Positions 10,240 to 19,629 of a stretch of DNA of 56,483 nucleotides are shown here, one piece after another. Under the pieces are notes generated by a model. That model had not been told where the DNA came from and searched no databases. It saw nothing but the letters and a program-made list of their open reading frames with translations. The stretch is from a virus (Duplodnaviria > Caudoviricetes). The number at the start of each line of letters is the position of its first letter. The stretch's first letter is position 1. Made by a program: the position numbers and the translations under genes. The stretch is taken from positions 1-56,483 of IMG/VR virus record IMGVR_UViG_3300031227_000050, one strand, 5' to 3'.

Positions 10240-10443
10240 CTAAGTACTTTGTATAAATGGTTCATCTATACCGGTTACACAATGTGAATAATCACCACTA
10301 CGACGAATAGAATCTATGTTTAATGGATGTCGTTTTGTATCATTCATTTTCATAGGTTTAGCTATAACCTTGGTTTTATCTACCCCTAAGATAGTTAAAC
10401 AACCAAGGGCGGCTAGTTTGAAAAAGTTTCTACGTTCGTTCAT
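10240..10443 (-). CDS. small protein with twin-arginine (Tat) signal
   Basis: MNERRNFFKLAALGCLTILG. Confidence 0.6.
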   Translation of the reverse strand: MNERRNFFKLAALGCLTILGVDKTKVIAKPMKMNDTKRHPLNIDSIRRSGDYSHCVTGIDEPFIQST

Positions 10444-11111
10444 GATTTATTCCTATTAAGTAAGTGTTTGTAAATAGGTGTAAGATATGGCACCCATTCT
10501 TCTGGAATTTGCATCCAAGGAGATATGCCTAAAATAAACTGGGCGGGATTAAGTTCCTTAACAGGTCTAAGTAACTTCATGCCTGCTTGTTTGGGTGTTC
10601 TATCAGCCTTTTTACGGTTACACAAGATACAACATGTTACAATGTTGGTCCAGTTGGTTGGCGTTCCTTTATAGTGATTCCTTTTCCATACAGCCCTAGG
10701 AATAACATGGTCATAGGTTAACTCAGAGGTATGTTCTAGTTTACCACAGTATTGACAGGTTAACTGGTCCCTGATAAATACATTCTTGCGGGAAAATGGA
10801 ATTTTGTTGCGGTTTTGTCTGATATATTTTGGACATCTAACTACGGCGGGCATAGGATATTTCCTGGTACTACCCTGAATGAAGTCGTCCTTATAAAAAT
10901 CAATGACCTCTAATCCATTTGCAGGATTATCCTGATTCATCATTGACAAAACAATACCACGCTGCCAACCGATTAATCCTAATGGAGTATAATCAGCGTT
11001 TAAAACTAATGCCTTACGATGTTGAGGCTTTTTACTGTCACAGTGTTGCTCAACTGGTTTAGTCCGCTGCTTTGTCTCTATCTGCTTTTGCTTCCTCTTT
11101 TTCTTTGACAT
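10440..11111 (-). CDS. HNH endonuclease
   Basis: LVLNADY, FSRKNVFIRD..TCQYCG, TYDHVIPR, NIVTCCILCNRKK. Confidence 0.9.
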   Translation of the reverse strand: MSKKKRKQKQIETKQRTKPVEQHCDSKKPQHRKALVLNADYTPLGLIGWQRGIVLSMMNQDNPANGLEVIDFYKDDFIQGSTRKYPMPAVVRCPKYIRQNRNKIPFSRKNVFIRDQLTCQYCGKLEHTSELTYDHVIPRAVWKRNHYKGTPTNWTNIVTCCILCNRKKADRTPKQAGMKLLRPVKELNPAQFILGISPWMQIPEEWVPYLTPIYKHLLNRNKS

Positions 11112-11802
11112 TATAGTCCTCCACGGCTTTAACAATTACCTCAACAAGTGGGCTTCTAATAATATCCTCATTGGTTAGCTCTACAAGGCCAACCTCGCCC
11201 ACACCATTCAAAATACGCATATATTTTTCAAGTCCGCCCGAACGATGGGCTTCCAAATCTGTTTGTGATATATCACCAGTAAGTACCATGGTACTATTGT
11301 TACCTATTCTGGTTAGCAACATAGTAATTTGTTCAAATGTAGCATTCTGACATTCATCAGCTATAATAAAGCTGTTGTGTAAACTGCGCCCTCTCATGTA
11401 GGCAAATGGAAGTACCTCTATTTGATTACCATTTAACATTCTTTGAATATCAGCTAAGCTACAGTATACATTTAACTCATCATAGATAGGTCTCATGTAT
11501 GGGTCGGATTTTTGTTGTATATCACCAGGTAAAAAGCCTGTGTTTTCTCCTGCCTGAACAAATGGCCTAGTTATAATGATTCTGTCGCATTGTTTTTTAG
11601 CTAATCGTATAATAGCGGAGGCAACAGCAATGTGAGTTTTACCAGTACCGGCGGGTCCAACACAAAATGTTATACCATGTTGATTAATTGTTTTGATGTA
11701 ATGTTTTTGATTATTAGTTTTACCAGTAAGGTGGTATTTTTTCAATGTTAAATCATTACTGATTGGTTTACGCTTTGGCTTTAGTGGTCTAGGCGGCATC
11801 AT
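11059..11802 (-). CDS. phoH: PhoH-like ATPase
   Basis: GPAGTGKT, GFLPGD, AYMRGRSL, DECQN, GDISQTD. Confidence 0.95.
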   Translation of the reverse strand: MMPPRPLKPKRKPISNDLTLKKYHLTGKTNNQKHYIKTINQHGITFCVGPAGTGKTHIAVASAIIRLAKKQCDRIIITRPFVQAGENTGFLPGDIQQKSDPYMRPIYDELNVYCSLADIQRMLNGNQIEVLPFAYMRGRSLHNSFIIADECQNATFEQITMLLTRIGNNSTMVLTGDISQTDLEAHRSGGLEKYMRILNGVGEVGLVELTNEDIIRSPLVEVIVKAVEDYNVKEKEEAKADRDKAAD

Positions 11803-11811
11803 GGTGTTTCC

Positions 11812-14800
11812 TTATACTAAAATACAGGCCCCTCCAGCACAGGCAATTTCTTGCTCTGGCTGAGTTTCGTCTTGTTCTTCAATCATGGTTGTATAATCTA
11901 CAGGTTTAATACTATCTACTAGGTCGCAATATAACTTCCAATTGTATACATCTTTCATACAATATGTTAGTCTTTTTAGGTCACCATCAAAATACTTAAT
12001 GGCAAACTTGTTCATTTTCTCCACCATAGCACACTGTTTGGCAATTTTCATCCAAAAGGCAGAGTCTCCACCTCCATTAGTACTAATCTTAGTATTGAGC
12101 TTATCATATAGTGTAATATCACATGCTTTCCATAGGTTATCACAGGCATCTAACGCTATTTCTATCAAACCGGAGGTCCATAAGGCAGCATCTCCATATT
12201 CTCTTACAATCTCTCTTGCTGTATACACCGCAGTAAATGGAGCTTGGGCATAATCTTTGTCGCCACTCTGAGGCAATAAGGCAACACCACAAAAATACCG
12301 TTTGTTTTTGTAGATAAAATCAGCTACTTCGACCCATTCAGTTGGGGTAACAGTGATAGTATTTGATACATTATGACTGAGCCACGATTGTGTACATAGT
12401 TTTTTGTTTTTACCGGAATTAACCCAGTTACCCTGTGTGCTTTTAACAATGTCTAGTAATGCCAAGGCGGGCATTTGGTTCTTAGTTTTGGCACCATCAG
12501 GTACTTCAATAGGAAAGATGATAATATCATCAGTATCGTTAGCCGACCATACTGAACGAGTGCAGGCTTGTTGGTTGGTAGCTCTAAAATGTTGGTAAGG
12601 ATTCTCAGCTCTATTAGCTTGTAAAATACGTAAGTATCTTTTTGAATGGTGGGGGTGTAAGCTGGATGATGTACCTAATAGACACGATGATGTGCCCTCT
12701 GGTTTCATACAAGTAGTACGGGCAGCTTGATTAACTCCAATTATCTTAGCAAATGCTTTATTAGTATCAACTATGGTTTTAGCAACCGTACGTTGATTAG
12801 TAGGATTAAGTACTATGTCAAAATTTTCCATAGCTCCGGTCATAGATACGCCGAGTAGAGCTTCCCGCTGGAATATTGCTTGGGACCAGGATGTGAGGTA
12901 CTCAAGCCTGGTAAATCCTGCTTGGAGAGTACCGATAATAGCTGCCGCTCTACCTCTCTCATTAAAGTCTGCGATATCCTTGATAGTTGCGCAATTGATG
13001 GTCGAAAGGTTACATCCCTGCCATCCAGATTCAAGACCCATTTCGGTTGGTAGCGCTTTATATCCCATTCCATCATATGTCTCCATATACTTGTCATATT
13101 TCGCTTGGTCAACAATGTAATATGCCCACATGCCAATTTCAGCACATGGATTTATCAACATTTCTAAATCGTCGGTCCAAATGAAACCGGGCTCACCATG
13201 TTCTTTAACATGTTCTAATATAGCTAAGAATTCTTCCTTGGTTGTCTTGTTACGTAATAACATAACAGAATTATTTGAGCGTGCTCGCTGCCCATTTTCT
13301 TCTTTCCAGTTGCCCGTTTTGGCAGTCATCATCTCATGGTCGTCGGCCGAAAACAAACATATTGTGGATGAATTATGAACTAATATTCCATTACATAAAA
13401 AACAGCTTTCTTGTTCTACCTCGATATCATACGTGTCAATAGCATTATTTTGCTCAATGCTTAAAACACGAATAGGAACTATGTGTTGATTATGATAATA
13501 TTTATCGGCTACCCAACCAGTCATTCTTTTGTTATTTGTAGACCAAGAATGTCTCAGCCCTTTTGGATACGGCTTAGAAAACCATTTAGCCGGAAAACAA
13601 TTTGATGTTTTTTTATCGTGGGTTATTCTAGGTATTTTAGTTGCAAATCTATATTTAGATACAAACTCGATATACTGTTGTAGGTCTAGTTTGTTTAGAA
13701 TACTCACATGGTATTGGTCTTTCCAATTTGGTTTACCTTGATTACATTTCCATGTAGATACAGCTTTTAATTGTATCCTACTGATAATACCACAGCTTAA
13801 TAATAAAGATTGTAATTGTTTAGCAAAGTCTTCATAAATAGTACATGTTACACAGAAGGGTTTAACTTTTACCGAACCATCTGCATCTACTACACCTTGA
13901 ATATATGCCATTCTTATGTTTACAGAAGCCTTTTTAACAAAATCTGGTATATTAATAGGTGTATTAGGTTGTTTGATATGTGTATGAAAGTAGGTAGCTA
14001 ATTGCTTACTTTTTACTCTAACCCTATAATAATGGTCTTCGTGTGGTCTGTGTTGAACGGTTACATTTACACCAAATCTTGTCAATTGTTGGGCTACATC
14101 AACTGCTTGTTGTTTGTGTTCCTCAGCAACAGCTACAGACAAAGCCCCACTGTTATGGGTTAACTTAACATAGCCATCTCCATGAAATATTCCTAAAAAC
14201 CATGCCATTTTTTCATCTAATGGTGGTATAACAATATTTTTACATGTAGTTGAACGGGCTGGTTTTATATACTTAAAACTTGGTAGTCGTGTTGTGTTAT
14301 TGTGGTTATCAGCACGACGAATACTATATAGGTAATCGTCATCTGTTAAGTTTTTAGCATATTTCCAAGTAAATTGACCATCATAACTGTTTAACACAGC
14401 TACTCTATGATTTGGGGTACATTTTATAGTTCCATTTTGATGTTTTATTGTAACACAATTTTGTTTACCTTGACTAAAAGTGTTAATTACCCTTTTCCAT
14501 CCATTAGGTGTTGATACATAATCTCCAATGGTTACATCTTGTATATCTTTATATCCTTGTTCTTTGATTAAAACCTTTTCATCTTGTGCTATACATCTCC
14601 TAACACCACCACTTAAAACTGCATCGGATATATGCATAACAATATCATAGCAGTCTATAGGGCGTAATCTTTTTCTACCTTCTTGGTAACGACAACGTCT
14701 TAATAGAGCATCAATACGTATAATAGCACTTCTTAACCCGTTTGGCCCCGGCGCTTTGCCAACACCTGAACTTAGAAAAGAACCAGCAGGTCTAATTTGA

Positions 14801-15345
14801 GAATAATCAAAAACAACTTCGCCACATTTAGCATATTTTTCGTAAGCAGGGTCTATAACTACATCTAGGTGATTACTTAATAACACCCCAATGGTGTCAG
14901 CCCAACCCTCAATGGTATCGGGAACAACAAATGTTTCCTGATGAGAGAGAATTTCGCGCCTAAAACCAGGGAGTCTATCTACGTGTTGTTTTTGTACTGA
15001 AAATCCAGTCCCACAACCACATAATAATAACCAAAAACATTCTTGGAAAAATCGTGGTCTATCACAATAGGAACTCACACAATTATATATTCTAGCGTTC
15101 TTTTTTAGTGCTGGTGTGCCCCCAAATTGTAATGCTCTCTGTGACCCTAACACTTTCTTCTTGAGCATCATGTCGTATGCCCAGTTTATCTCTTCATCTA
15201 TACCTTTATCGTTGTAAAATTCCAACATCATATCGCGCACTCGATATACTGCTTCTTTCCAAGTCTCTCTGCGCTTCTCTTTGGCAATCCATCTGGCATA
15301 TTTAGATACAAGAGTATAATTCATTAATTCTGGTAAAGCTGACAC
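11812..15345 (-). CDS. nrdJ: class II (AdoCbl-dependent, monomeric RTPR-type) ribonucleotide reductase with intein
   Basis: RRETW, IYNC, GCGTGFSV, GGVRR|S, GEPG, NPCAEI, TCMKPEGT, C-terminal ACAGGAC. Confidence 0.93.
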   Translation of the reverse strand: MSALPELMNYTLVSKYARWIAKEKRRETWKEAVYRVRDMMLEFYNDKGIDEEINWAYDMMLKKKVLGSQRALQFGGTPALKKNARIYNCVSSYCDRPRFFQECFWLLLCGCGTGFSVQKQHVDRLPGFRREILSHQETFVVPDTIEGWADTIGVLLSNHLDVVIDPAYEKYAKCGEVVFDYSQIRPAGSFLSSGVGKAPGPNGLRSAIIRIDALLRRCRYQEGRKRLRPIDCYDIVMHISDAVLSGGVRRCIAQDEKVLIKEQGYKDIQDVTIGDYVSTPNGWKRVINTFSQGKQNCVTIKHQNGTIKCTPNHRVAVLNSYDGQFTWKYAKNLTDDDYLYSIRRADNHNNTTRLPSFKYIKPARSTTCKNIVIPPLDEKMAWFLGIFHGDGYVKLTHNSGALSVAVAEEHKQQAVDVAQQLTRFGVNVTVQHRPHEDHYYRVRVKSKQLATYFHTHIKQPNTPINIPDFVKKASVNIRMAYIQGVVDADGSVKVKPFCVTCTIYEDFAKQLQSLLLSCGIISRIQLKAVSTWKCNQGKPNWKDQYHVSILNKLDLQQYIEFVSKYRFATKIPRITHDKKTSNCFPAKWFSKPYPKGLRHSWSTNNKRMTGWVADKYYHNQHIVPIRVLSIEQNNAIDTYDIEVEQESCFLCNGILVHNSSTICLFSADDHEMMTAKTGNWKEENGQRARSNNSVMLLRNKTTKEEFLAILEHVKEHGEPGFIWTDDLEMLINPCAEIGMWAYYIVDQAKYDKYMETYDGMGYKALPTEMGLESGWQGCNLSTINCATIKDIADFNERGRAAAIIGTLQAGFTRLEYLTSWSQAIFQREALLGVSMTGAMENFDIVLNPTNQRTVAKTIVDTNKAFAKIIGVNQAARTTCMKPEGTSSCLLGTSSSLHPHHSKRYLRILQANRAENPYQHFRATNQQACTRSVWSANDTDDIIIFPIEVPDGAKTKNQMPALALLDIVKSTQGNWVNSGKNKKLCTQSWLSHNVSNTITVTPTEWVEVADFIYKNKRYFCGVALLPQSGDKDYAQAPFTAVYTAREIVREYGDAALWTSGLIEIALDACDNLWKACDITLYDKLNTKISTNGGGDSAFWMKIAKQCAMVEKMNKFAIKYFDGDLKRLTYCMKDVYNWKLYCDLVDSIKPVDYTTMIEEQDETQPEQEIACAGGACILV
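13372..14595 (-). mobile_element. 408-aa intein with LAGLIDADG homing endonuclease in nrdJ
   Basis: GGVRR|CIAQD...CTPNHR...FLGIFHGDG...YIQGVVDADG...TYDIEV..ILVHN|SS. Confidence 0.95.
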
Positions 15346-15353
15346 TTAATTGG

Positions 15354-15614
15354 TTACTCCTTGTTGATTTGTTTGAGAATTTTCTCGGCTTCTTTGTTGG
15401 TGGGTAATTGTTCGTTCTTCCTTGCTCTATGATGTTTCTTTCTTTTGGGCTTACCAACCATTTTTTGCCAAAAATCAGCAATCTTTGCGCCATCGTGGTG
15501 CTTTAAAGACTTAGTCCTACCTGTTGGGTCACCTTTATAGTCACGAATTTGTACTACTAATTCAAAGTCACTACCAACCTCTTCCTGCCCACTACCAATA
15601 TCTAGTTGAGACAT
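15354..15614 (-). CDS. hypothetical protein
   Basis: ORF with AAGGAAAC RBS-like sequence. Confidence 0.6.
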   Translation of the reverse strand: MSQLDIGSGQEEVGSDFELVVQIRDYKGDPTGRTKSLKHHDGAKIADFWQKMVGKPKRKKHHRARKNEQLPTNKEAEKILKQINKE

Positions 15615-15640
15615 GTGTGTTTCCTTTGTCCAATGTAATG

Positions 15641-15670
15641 AAGAAAAACCCGCCCATGGTGGACGGGTTT
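15641..15670 (-). terminator. intrinsic terminator
   Basis: AAACCCGTCCACCATGGGCGGGTTTTT hairpin plus U-tract. Confidence 0.75.
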
Positions 15671-15679
15671 GTGATTTTT

Positions 15680-15822
15680 AAGCGACACTGTGAATTAATT
15701 ACTCTTACGCAGAGTATTTGTGTGACGGTGTTCTTTGAATTGTTTGTTTTTATTGATTGCAATTAAATTATAATTAAACCTATTGAAAGAACACACCTAG
15801 ATAAGTCGAAGAGGTGTCGCTT
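15680..15822. ncRNA. putative rod-like structured RNA or DNA element
   Basis: long-range stems AAGCGACAC/GTGTCGCTT and GTGTTCTTT/AAAGAACAC in a non-coding gap between a promoter motif and a terminator. Confidence 0.4.
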
Positions 15823-15839
15823 TAACGAACCGTAGTAAA

Positions 15840-15901
15840 AACGATGGAATGAGTGGATGAACTCCTTCAATGGAAGGAATGACGCCCTGAACTCCATCGT
15901 T
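15840..15901. repeat. 62-nt dispersed structured repeat, copy A
   Basis: two GGAATGA-N5-TGAACTCC motifs 30 nt apart, closed by a 9-bp outer stem. Confidence 0.85.
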
Positions 15902-15934
15902 AAGGATTCATTGATTTATACTCCGACATATGTA

Positions 15935-16480
15935 TTATACACCGTTGATGACAGTTAGTAAACTATCGGGAACTTTGATTTCTCGGATTTTTGGTCCATT
16001 TCCATAAGTAATATATTGAAATTGTCTATAGAATATATCGTTATCTTTATCAAGGTTAGTACGAGCACCGGCTATGATAACGACTTCTTTTATTCCACAT
16101 TGATATAGGTATTGTATACAATATTTACATGGTCTATGGGTGCAATAACATACACTGTTTAGTGTTGCCCTTCCTAATCGAGCGCAATTAAGAATTGCAT
16201 TATGTTCTGCATGTATCATCCAAAGATATTTGTCAGGGCGTACGTTAGGTAGGGCATAATCGCGCGCACCTCTAACATATCCGTTATATCCAGTGGTAAG
16301 AATAGTTTTACCTACTGGTTCTACTAAAACAGCCCCAACTTTAGTTTGAGAGTCAGGGCTTCTTCTTGCTGCTAAAAGTGCATGTCCCATGAATTGTTCA
16401 TCCCATGAGGGTAGAGAAACATCTTCATGTTTAGTAAACATTTCGGACTTAGCCAAAATTTCCCACGGAAAATCATCCAT
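15935..16480 (-). CDS. dCMP deaminase
   Basis: KVGAVLV, GYNG, HAEHNAI, PCKYC; start reset to 16480 because the longer ORF overlaps tRNA-Leu. Confidence 0.92.
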   Translation of the reverse strand: MDDFPWEILAKSEMFTKHEDVSLPSWDEQFMGHALLAARRSPDSQTKVGAVLVEPVGKTILTTGYNGYVRGARDYALPNVRPDKYLWMIHAEHNAILNCARLGRATLNSVCYCTHRPCKYCIQYLYQCGIKEVVIIAGARTNLDKDNDIFYRQFQYITYGNGPKIREIKVPDSLLTVINGV

Positions 16481-16506
16481 ACTTGTCCTTTCGATTAAAT
16501 AGTAAG

Positions 16507-16588
16507 TGGGTGAGGGGGGATTCGAACCCCCACGCCTTTCGGCACGACATTCTAAGTGTCGCATGTATACCAGTTTCATCACACACCC
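16507..16588 (-). tRNA. tRNA-Leu(TAG)
   Basis: CGACA-CT-TAG-AA-TGTCG, long variable arm, GGTTCGAATCC. Confidence 0.93.
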
Positions 16589-17085
16589 TTATAATATTTC
16601 AACACCTCATCAATATTTAAAGTATGTTCTATCGCGTGACAATTACGGCACAACAACATACATTTTTGTATTTCCTGTTCTAGGATTTTCCATGACATTG
16701 CGTGCCAATGGGCAGCTAAATTAAAAGATTTATTAGATGAGTCAATATGATGAAATGTTAATGTCCTAATATCTTTATTCCCACAATGTATACATTGTCC
16801 TCCTAAGAACTCAATAGCACGTAACCTGTTTTTATATCTAGTATAACGATTCCTACATACTGAACAAACATCATTTTTAGTCCAAGAAAATTCTTTACTA
16901 CAGATAGGACATATTTTAGTAGTAATCCTATTATTTGTTGCTACTTCTCGACGTAGTTTGTATCCTGCTTTTGAATTGAAAGGTGAGCAGTCTAAACAAT
17001 AACTACGACTTTTTAATATTCTGATTTTTCCATCTATTTTCACACGATATGGAAAATTATTGTGACACTTTTTACACTTAGGCAT
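16579..17085 (-). CDS. tRNA-adjacent HNH homing endonuclease
   Basis: several CxxC, LGGQCIHCG, LTFHH, KCMLLCRNCHAIEH; stop codon lies inside the tRNA-Leu 5' end. Confidence 0.85.
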   Translation of the reverse strand: MPKCKKCHNNFPYRVKIDGKIRILKSRSYCLDCSPFNSKAGYKLRREVATNNRITTKICPICSKEFSWTKNDVCSVCRNRYTRYKNRLRAIEFLGGQCIHCGNKDIRTLTFHHIDSSNKSFNLAAHWHAMSWKILEQEIQKCMLLCRNCHAIEHTLNIDEVLKYYKGV

Positions 17086-17141
17086 AAATATACCCTCCTT
17101 TAGTATACTATACACCAATGTCTACTTAAACGCTACAAAAT

Positions 17142-17501
17142 TTATACTTCGTGCCAAACCTCCGTTACTTCATTAACACTGGTTTCTTTTCCAGTTTCTA
17201 GCAAAGCATTCATTGTCTTATTGTTGTCTCTCCAATAGGTTCTCCAACCCATCTTACGTCTTAACATCCTACGAAGAGCATTAGTTTCTCTTCTTGATGG
17301 TTTATTGAACATTCTAACTGCTACAGTCACAGATTCATCTAAGGTTTCATCTCTCTTAGCTCTACAATACTTAATCATATTTACTATTTGACTTATAATT
17401 GTCATAAATAAGCTAATAGTAGCAGGGTCTATGAAAACCTGTTGTTCATCTTGTTGCGGCTTAGTTTTTAATGCCACCTTGGTTGCAAGGTCTGTTAACA
17501 T
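17142..17501 (-). CDS. hypothetical protein
   Basis: ORF behind a sigma70-like promoter. Confidence 0.65.
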   Translation of the reverse strand: MLTDLATKVALKTKPQQDEQQVFIDPATISLFMTIISQIVNMIKYCRAKRDETLDESVTVAVRMFNKPSRRETNALRRMLRRKMGWRTYWRDNNKTMNALLETGKETSVNEVTEVWHEV

Positions 17502-17516
17502 TATTCTCTTCCCTTT

Positions 17517-17544
17517 ATTATATGTGAAAAATTGGATTTGTCAA
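17517..17544 (-). promoter_or_regulatory. sigma70-like promoter
   Basis: TTGACA-N16-TATAAT. Confidence 0.75.
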
Positions 17545-18173
17545 GGAGAAAGCGTAAATAAATACGAAAGTCTGGTAGATTCAGCGATTTGACCTGGCTC
17601 TGTCCATGCATCAGAACGATTGTGAATCAAATCAAACCCATTAAAATTAAACGAATAGGCTGCTGTGCTGCTACATACCGGATAAACTACATCTTGTACA
17701 TCGTCAACCATTAAGTCTTTGGAACTATAAAACAATCTTAGTCCCACCATTTTGTGCTTTAACATCCACCATACACGACGGTAACCATAAGGTAAACCGG
17801 TCATCTTTCTCATAGTTTTGGTAACCGCTTTACCATCAAAATTCTTTTTTACTAGAGTGGTAGTTTGTGTTTCTAAATCAAATTCCCATTTAGACCATAC
17901 AGGAATGGGTCTATATACATCAATGATACCAGGTCTCTTAATAACTAATTTTTCTAAGTTTGATGACACTCCACCCACATTTTCTTTAAATTCTACTACT
18001 TCTAGTAGACCATTTACCCATGATGCTAAACCAACATGTGAATAAGTTGTTTCTCCTGCTTTACCTATGAAATAAGAAACTAAACTACGACCACGAAACA
18101 ACAACACATCCGCTTCTTGAATCAGAGGTTTTGCTTCCCTATATAATAGGGTCGTTTGTTTGTTAAGTACCAT
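17541..18173 (-). CDS. permuted papain-like amidase (YiiX/C92)
   Basis: ADVLLFRG, YSHVGL, GLPYG, VCSS..AY. Confidence 0.75.
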   Translation of the reverse strand: MVLNKQTTLLYREAKPLIQEADVLLFRGRSLVSYFIGKAGETTYSHVGLASWVNGLLEVVEFKENVGGVSSNLEKLVIKRPGIIDVYRPIPVWSKWEFDLETQTTTLVKKNFDGKAVTKTMRKMTGLPYGYRRVWWMLKHKMVGLRLFYSSKDLMVDDVQDVVYPVCSSTAAYSFNFNGFDLIHNRSDAWTEPGQIAESTRLSYLFTLSP

Positions 18174-18612
18174 TGGTTCGTCTTAAATCTGCTACTTCTG
18201 TTTGTAAGTGTCCCAACTCCACACCGTTTTTTAATACTGCACTTTTCAGTTGGTCTACAGACATTTGAGTTCTATCACCTTGACTTTTAATTTCTTCTAC
18301 AAGGTCTTTAAACCATTGAGGAGGAACCTCAGTAGGCATTTTTGCCATTTCTTCTCTAATTTTGGCAATTTCTTGATAAACTTTTAAGCCATCACTAGCA
18401 GTAAATCTGTTACCTCTAGTCTCAGCCATAAATTCTCTTAGCTCTGCTATAGTTTCTCTGTCATGATGTATTTGAGATAATTCTGCTCTTATAAAAAATG
18501 CTGCTATGCTTAACACAAGAATAATAGCAAATTGTGCTACGGCCAATCCGGTTTTTAGTTTATCAACCGTACCATTATTCCAGAACCTATTAAACTCACT
18601 TATTTTCGGCAT
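18163..18612 (-). CDS. single-pass membrane coiled-coil protein
   Basis: N-terminal TM helix followed by heptad repeats. Confidence 0.6.
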   Translation of the reverse strand: MPKISEFNRFWNNGTVDKLKTGLAVAQFAIILVLSIAAFFIRAELSQIHHDRETIAELREFMAETRGNRFTASDGLKVYQEIAKIREEMAKMPTEVPPQWFKDLVEEIKSQGDRTQMSVDQLKSAVLKNGVELGHLQTEVADLRRTNGT

Positions 18613-18626
18613 TATGTTGCTCCATT

Positions 18627-18664
18627 AAAAAGGCCGGTAGCCAGTCGCCTGACTACCGGCGCTT
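18627..18664 (-). terminator. intrinsic terminator
   Basis: GCCGGTAGTCAG-GCGA-CTGGCTACCGGC-CTTTTT. Confidence 0.85.
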
Positions 18665-18672
18665 TAAGTTAA

Positions 18673-19545
18673 TTACCACAGAGTACGTTCAGCGTAATCA
18701 TTTTGGTCTGGAAGAGGCTTAGGCTCTTTGTAAACTAATTCACCTGGTTTTGAAGCAGTTGGATTAGCCGCATCATCAGCAGAACCATCGGTTTGATTAG
18801 CATCATCAGAAATACTATAGTAACCAGCGTTAGTAGTAGAAGCCGTTGGAGCGGTTGACCATGCGCCACTGTAAATGTTCCAATAACCAGCTACAATAGC
18901 GGTTGCGACTCCATCGGTGAAGAGCGATTGAGCCATGTGGATACTTCTACGGTTGGTTGGGTCTGCGGCACCGGAACGCAACACAGTTTTGGAAATACCA
19001 GCAAGAGTGGTAGACACTCTACGCATAACATATGTAGCAGCAGTCATGGTAGCAAAATTACCAGCATATAGGTAATAAGTCATTGTACCAGCACCACTTG
19101 TATATGCCTTTGTAGTGGTAAAAGTATCTGTAGTAACAGCAGTAACTCTTTGGGTACCGGCTACTTCACTACTTGTGTCAGTCACATTAAGAATATCACC
19201 GGCTGATAGCCCGTGAGAAGCTAATGTATAAACTGCAACACTACTTGCAGCAGCTACGCTAGTAATACTAACAGCAGATGCAGCCCATGCGGCACTACCC
19301 ACATCGTTACCAGCCATAACCTTAGAACCGTTATTACGACGAGTATAACCTTCACCTATAGCATTCAATAGGTCTCTGTCAGAATATAATTTCTTACATC
19401 TACCAGTATTAATAGTAGGTTGAGTGGCTGGATTCTTAGAATCCGAAAAATCACCTTTTGCATTGTATGCAACCCCGGCAGCAGTATAATAAAAATCTGC
19501 CGCATCAGGATTAACAATACGATACATCGTTTGTGTGTTAGCCAT
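18673..19545 (-). CDS. probable virion structural protein
   Basis: Ala/Thr/Ser-rich, SHGLSAGD..VTAVTTDTFT beta-barrel repeat motif; monocistronic between GGTGTATA motif and terminator. Confidence 0.6.
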   Translation of the reverse strand: MANTQTMYRIVNPDAADFYYTAAGVAYNAKGDFSDSKNPATQPTINTGRCKKLYSDRDLLNAIGEGYTRRNNGSKVMAGNDVGSAAWAASAVSITSVAAASSVAVYTLASHGLSAGDILNVTDTSSEVAGTQRVTAVTTDTFTTTKAYTSGAGTMTYYLYAGNFATMTAATYVMRRVSTTLAGISKTVLRSGAADPTNRRSIHMAQSLFTDGVATAIVAGYWNIYSGAWSTAPTASTTNAGYYSISDDANQTDGSADDAANPTASKPGELVYKEPKPLPDQNDYAERTLW

Positions 19546-19629
19546 TTGTTTTTACCTTATTTATATGGCCAAAACTAATCCTATAAGTCCTATGATTAAA
19601 ATGTTCCTATCCACTCTTAATATACACCA

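Noticed and set aside
15840-15901. 62-nt element as a mini CRISPR array
   Set aside because: Only two 20-nt repeats with a variable core and a 10-nt self-pairing spacer; the geometry does not fit CRISPR
16481-16582. N-terminal extension of dCMP deaminase in the ORF track
   Set aside because: It overlaps tRNA-Leu; an ATG with an AAGGA RBS is present at 16480
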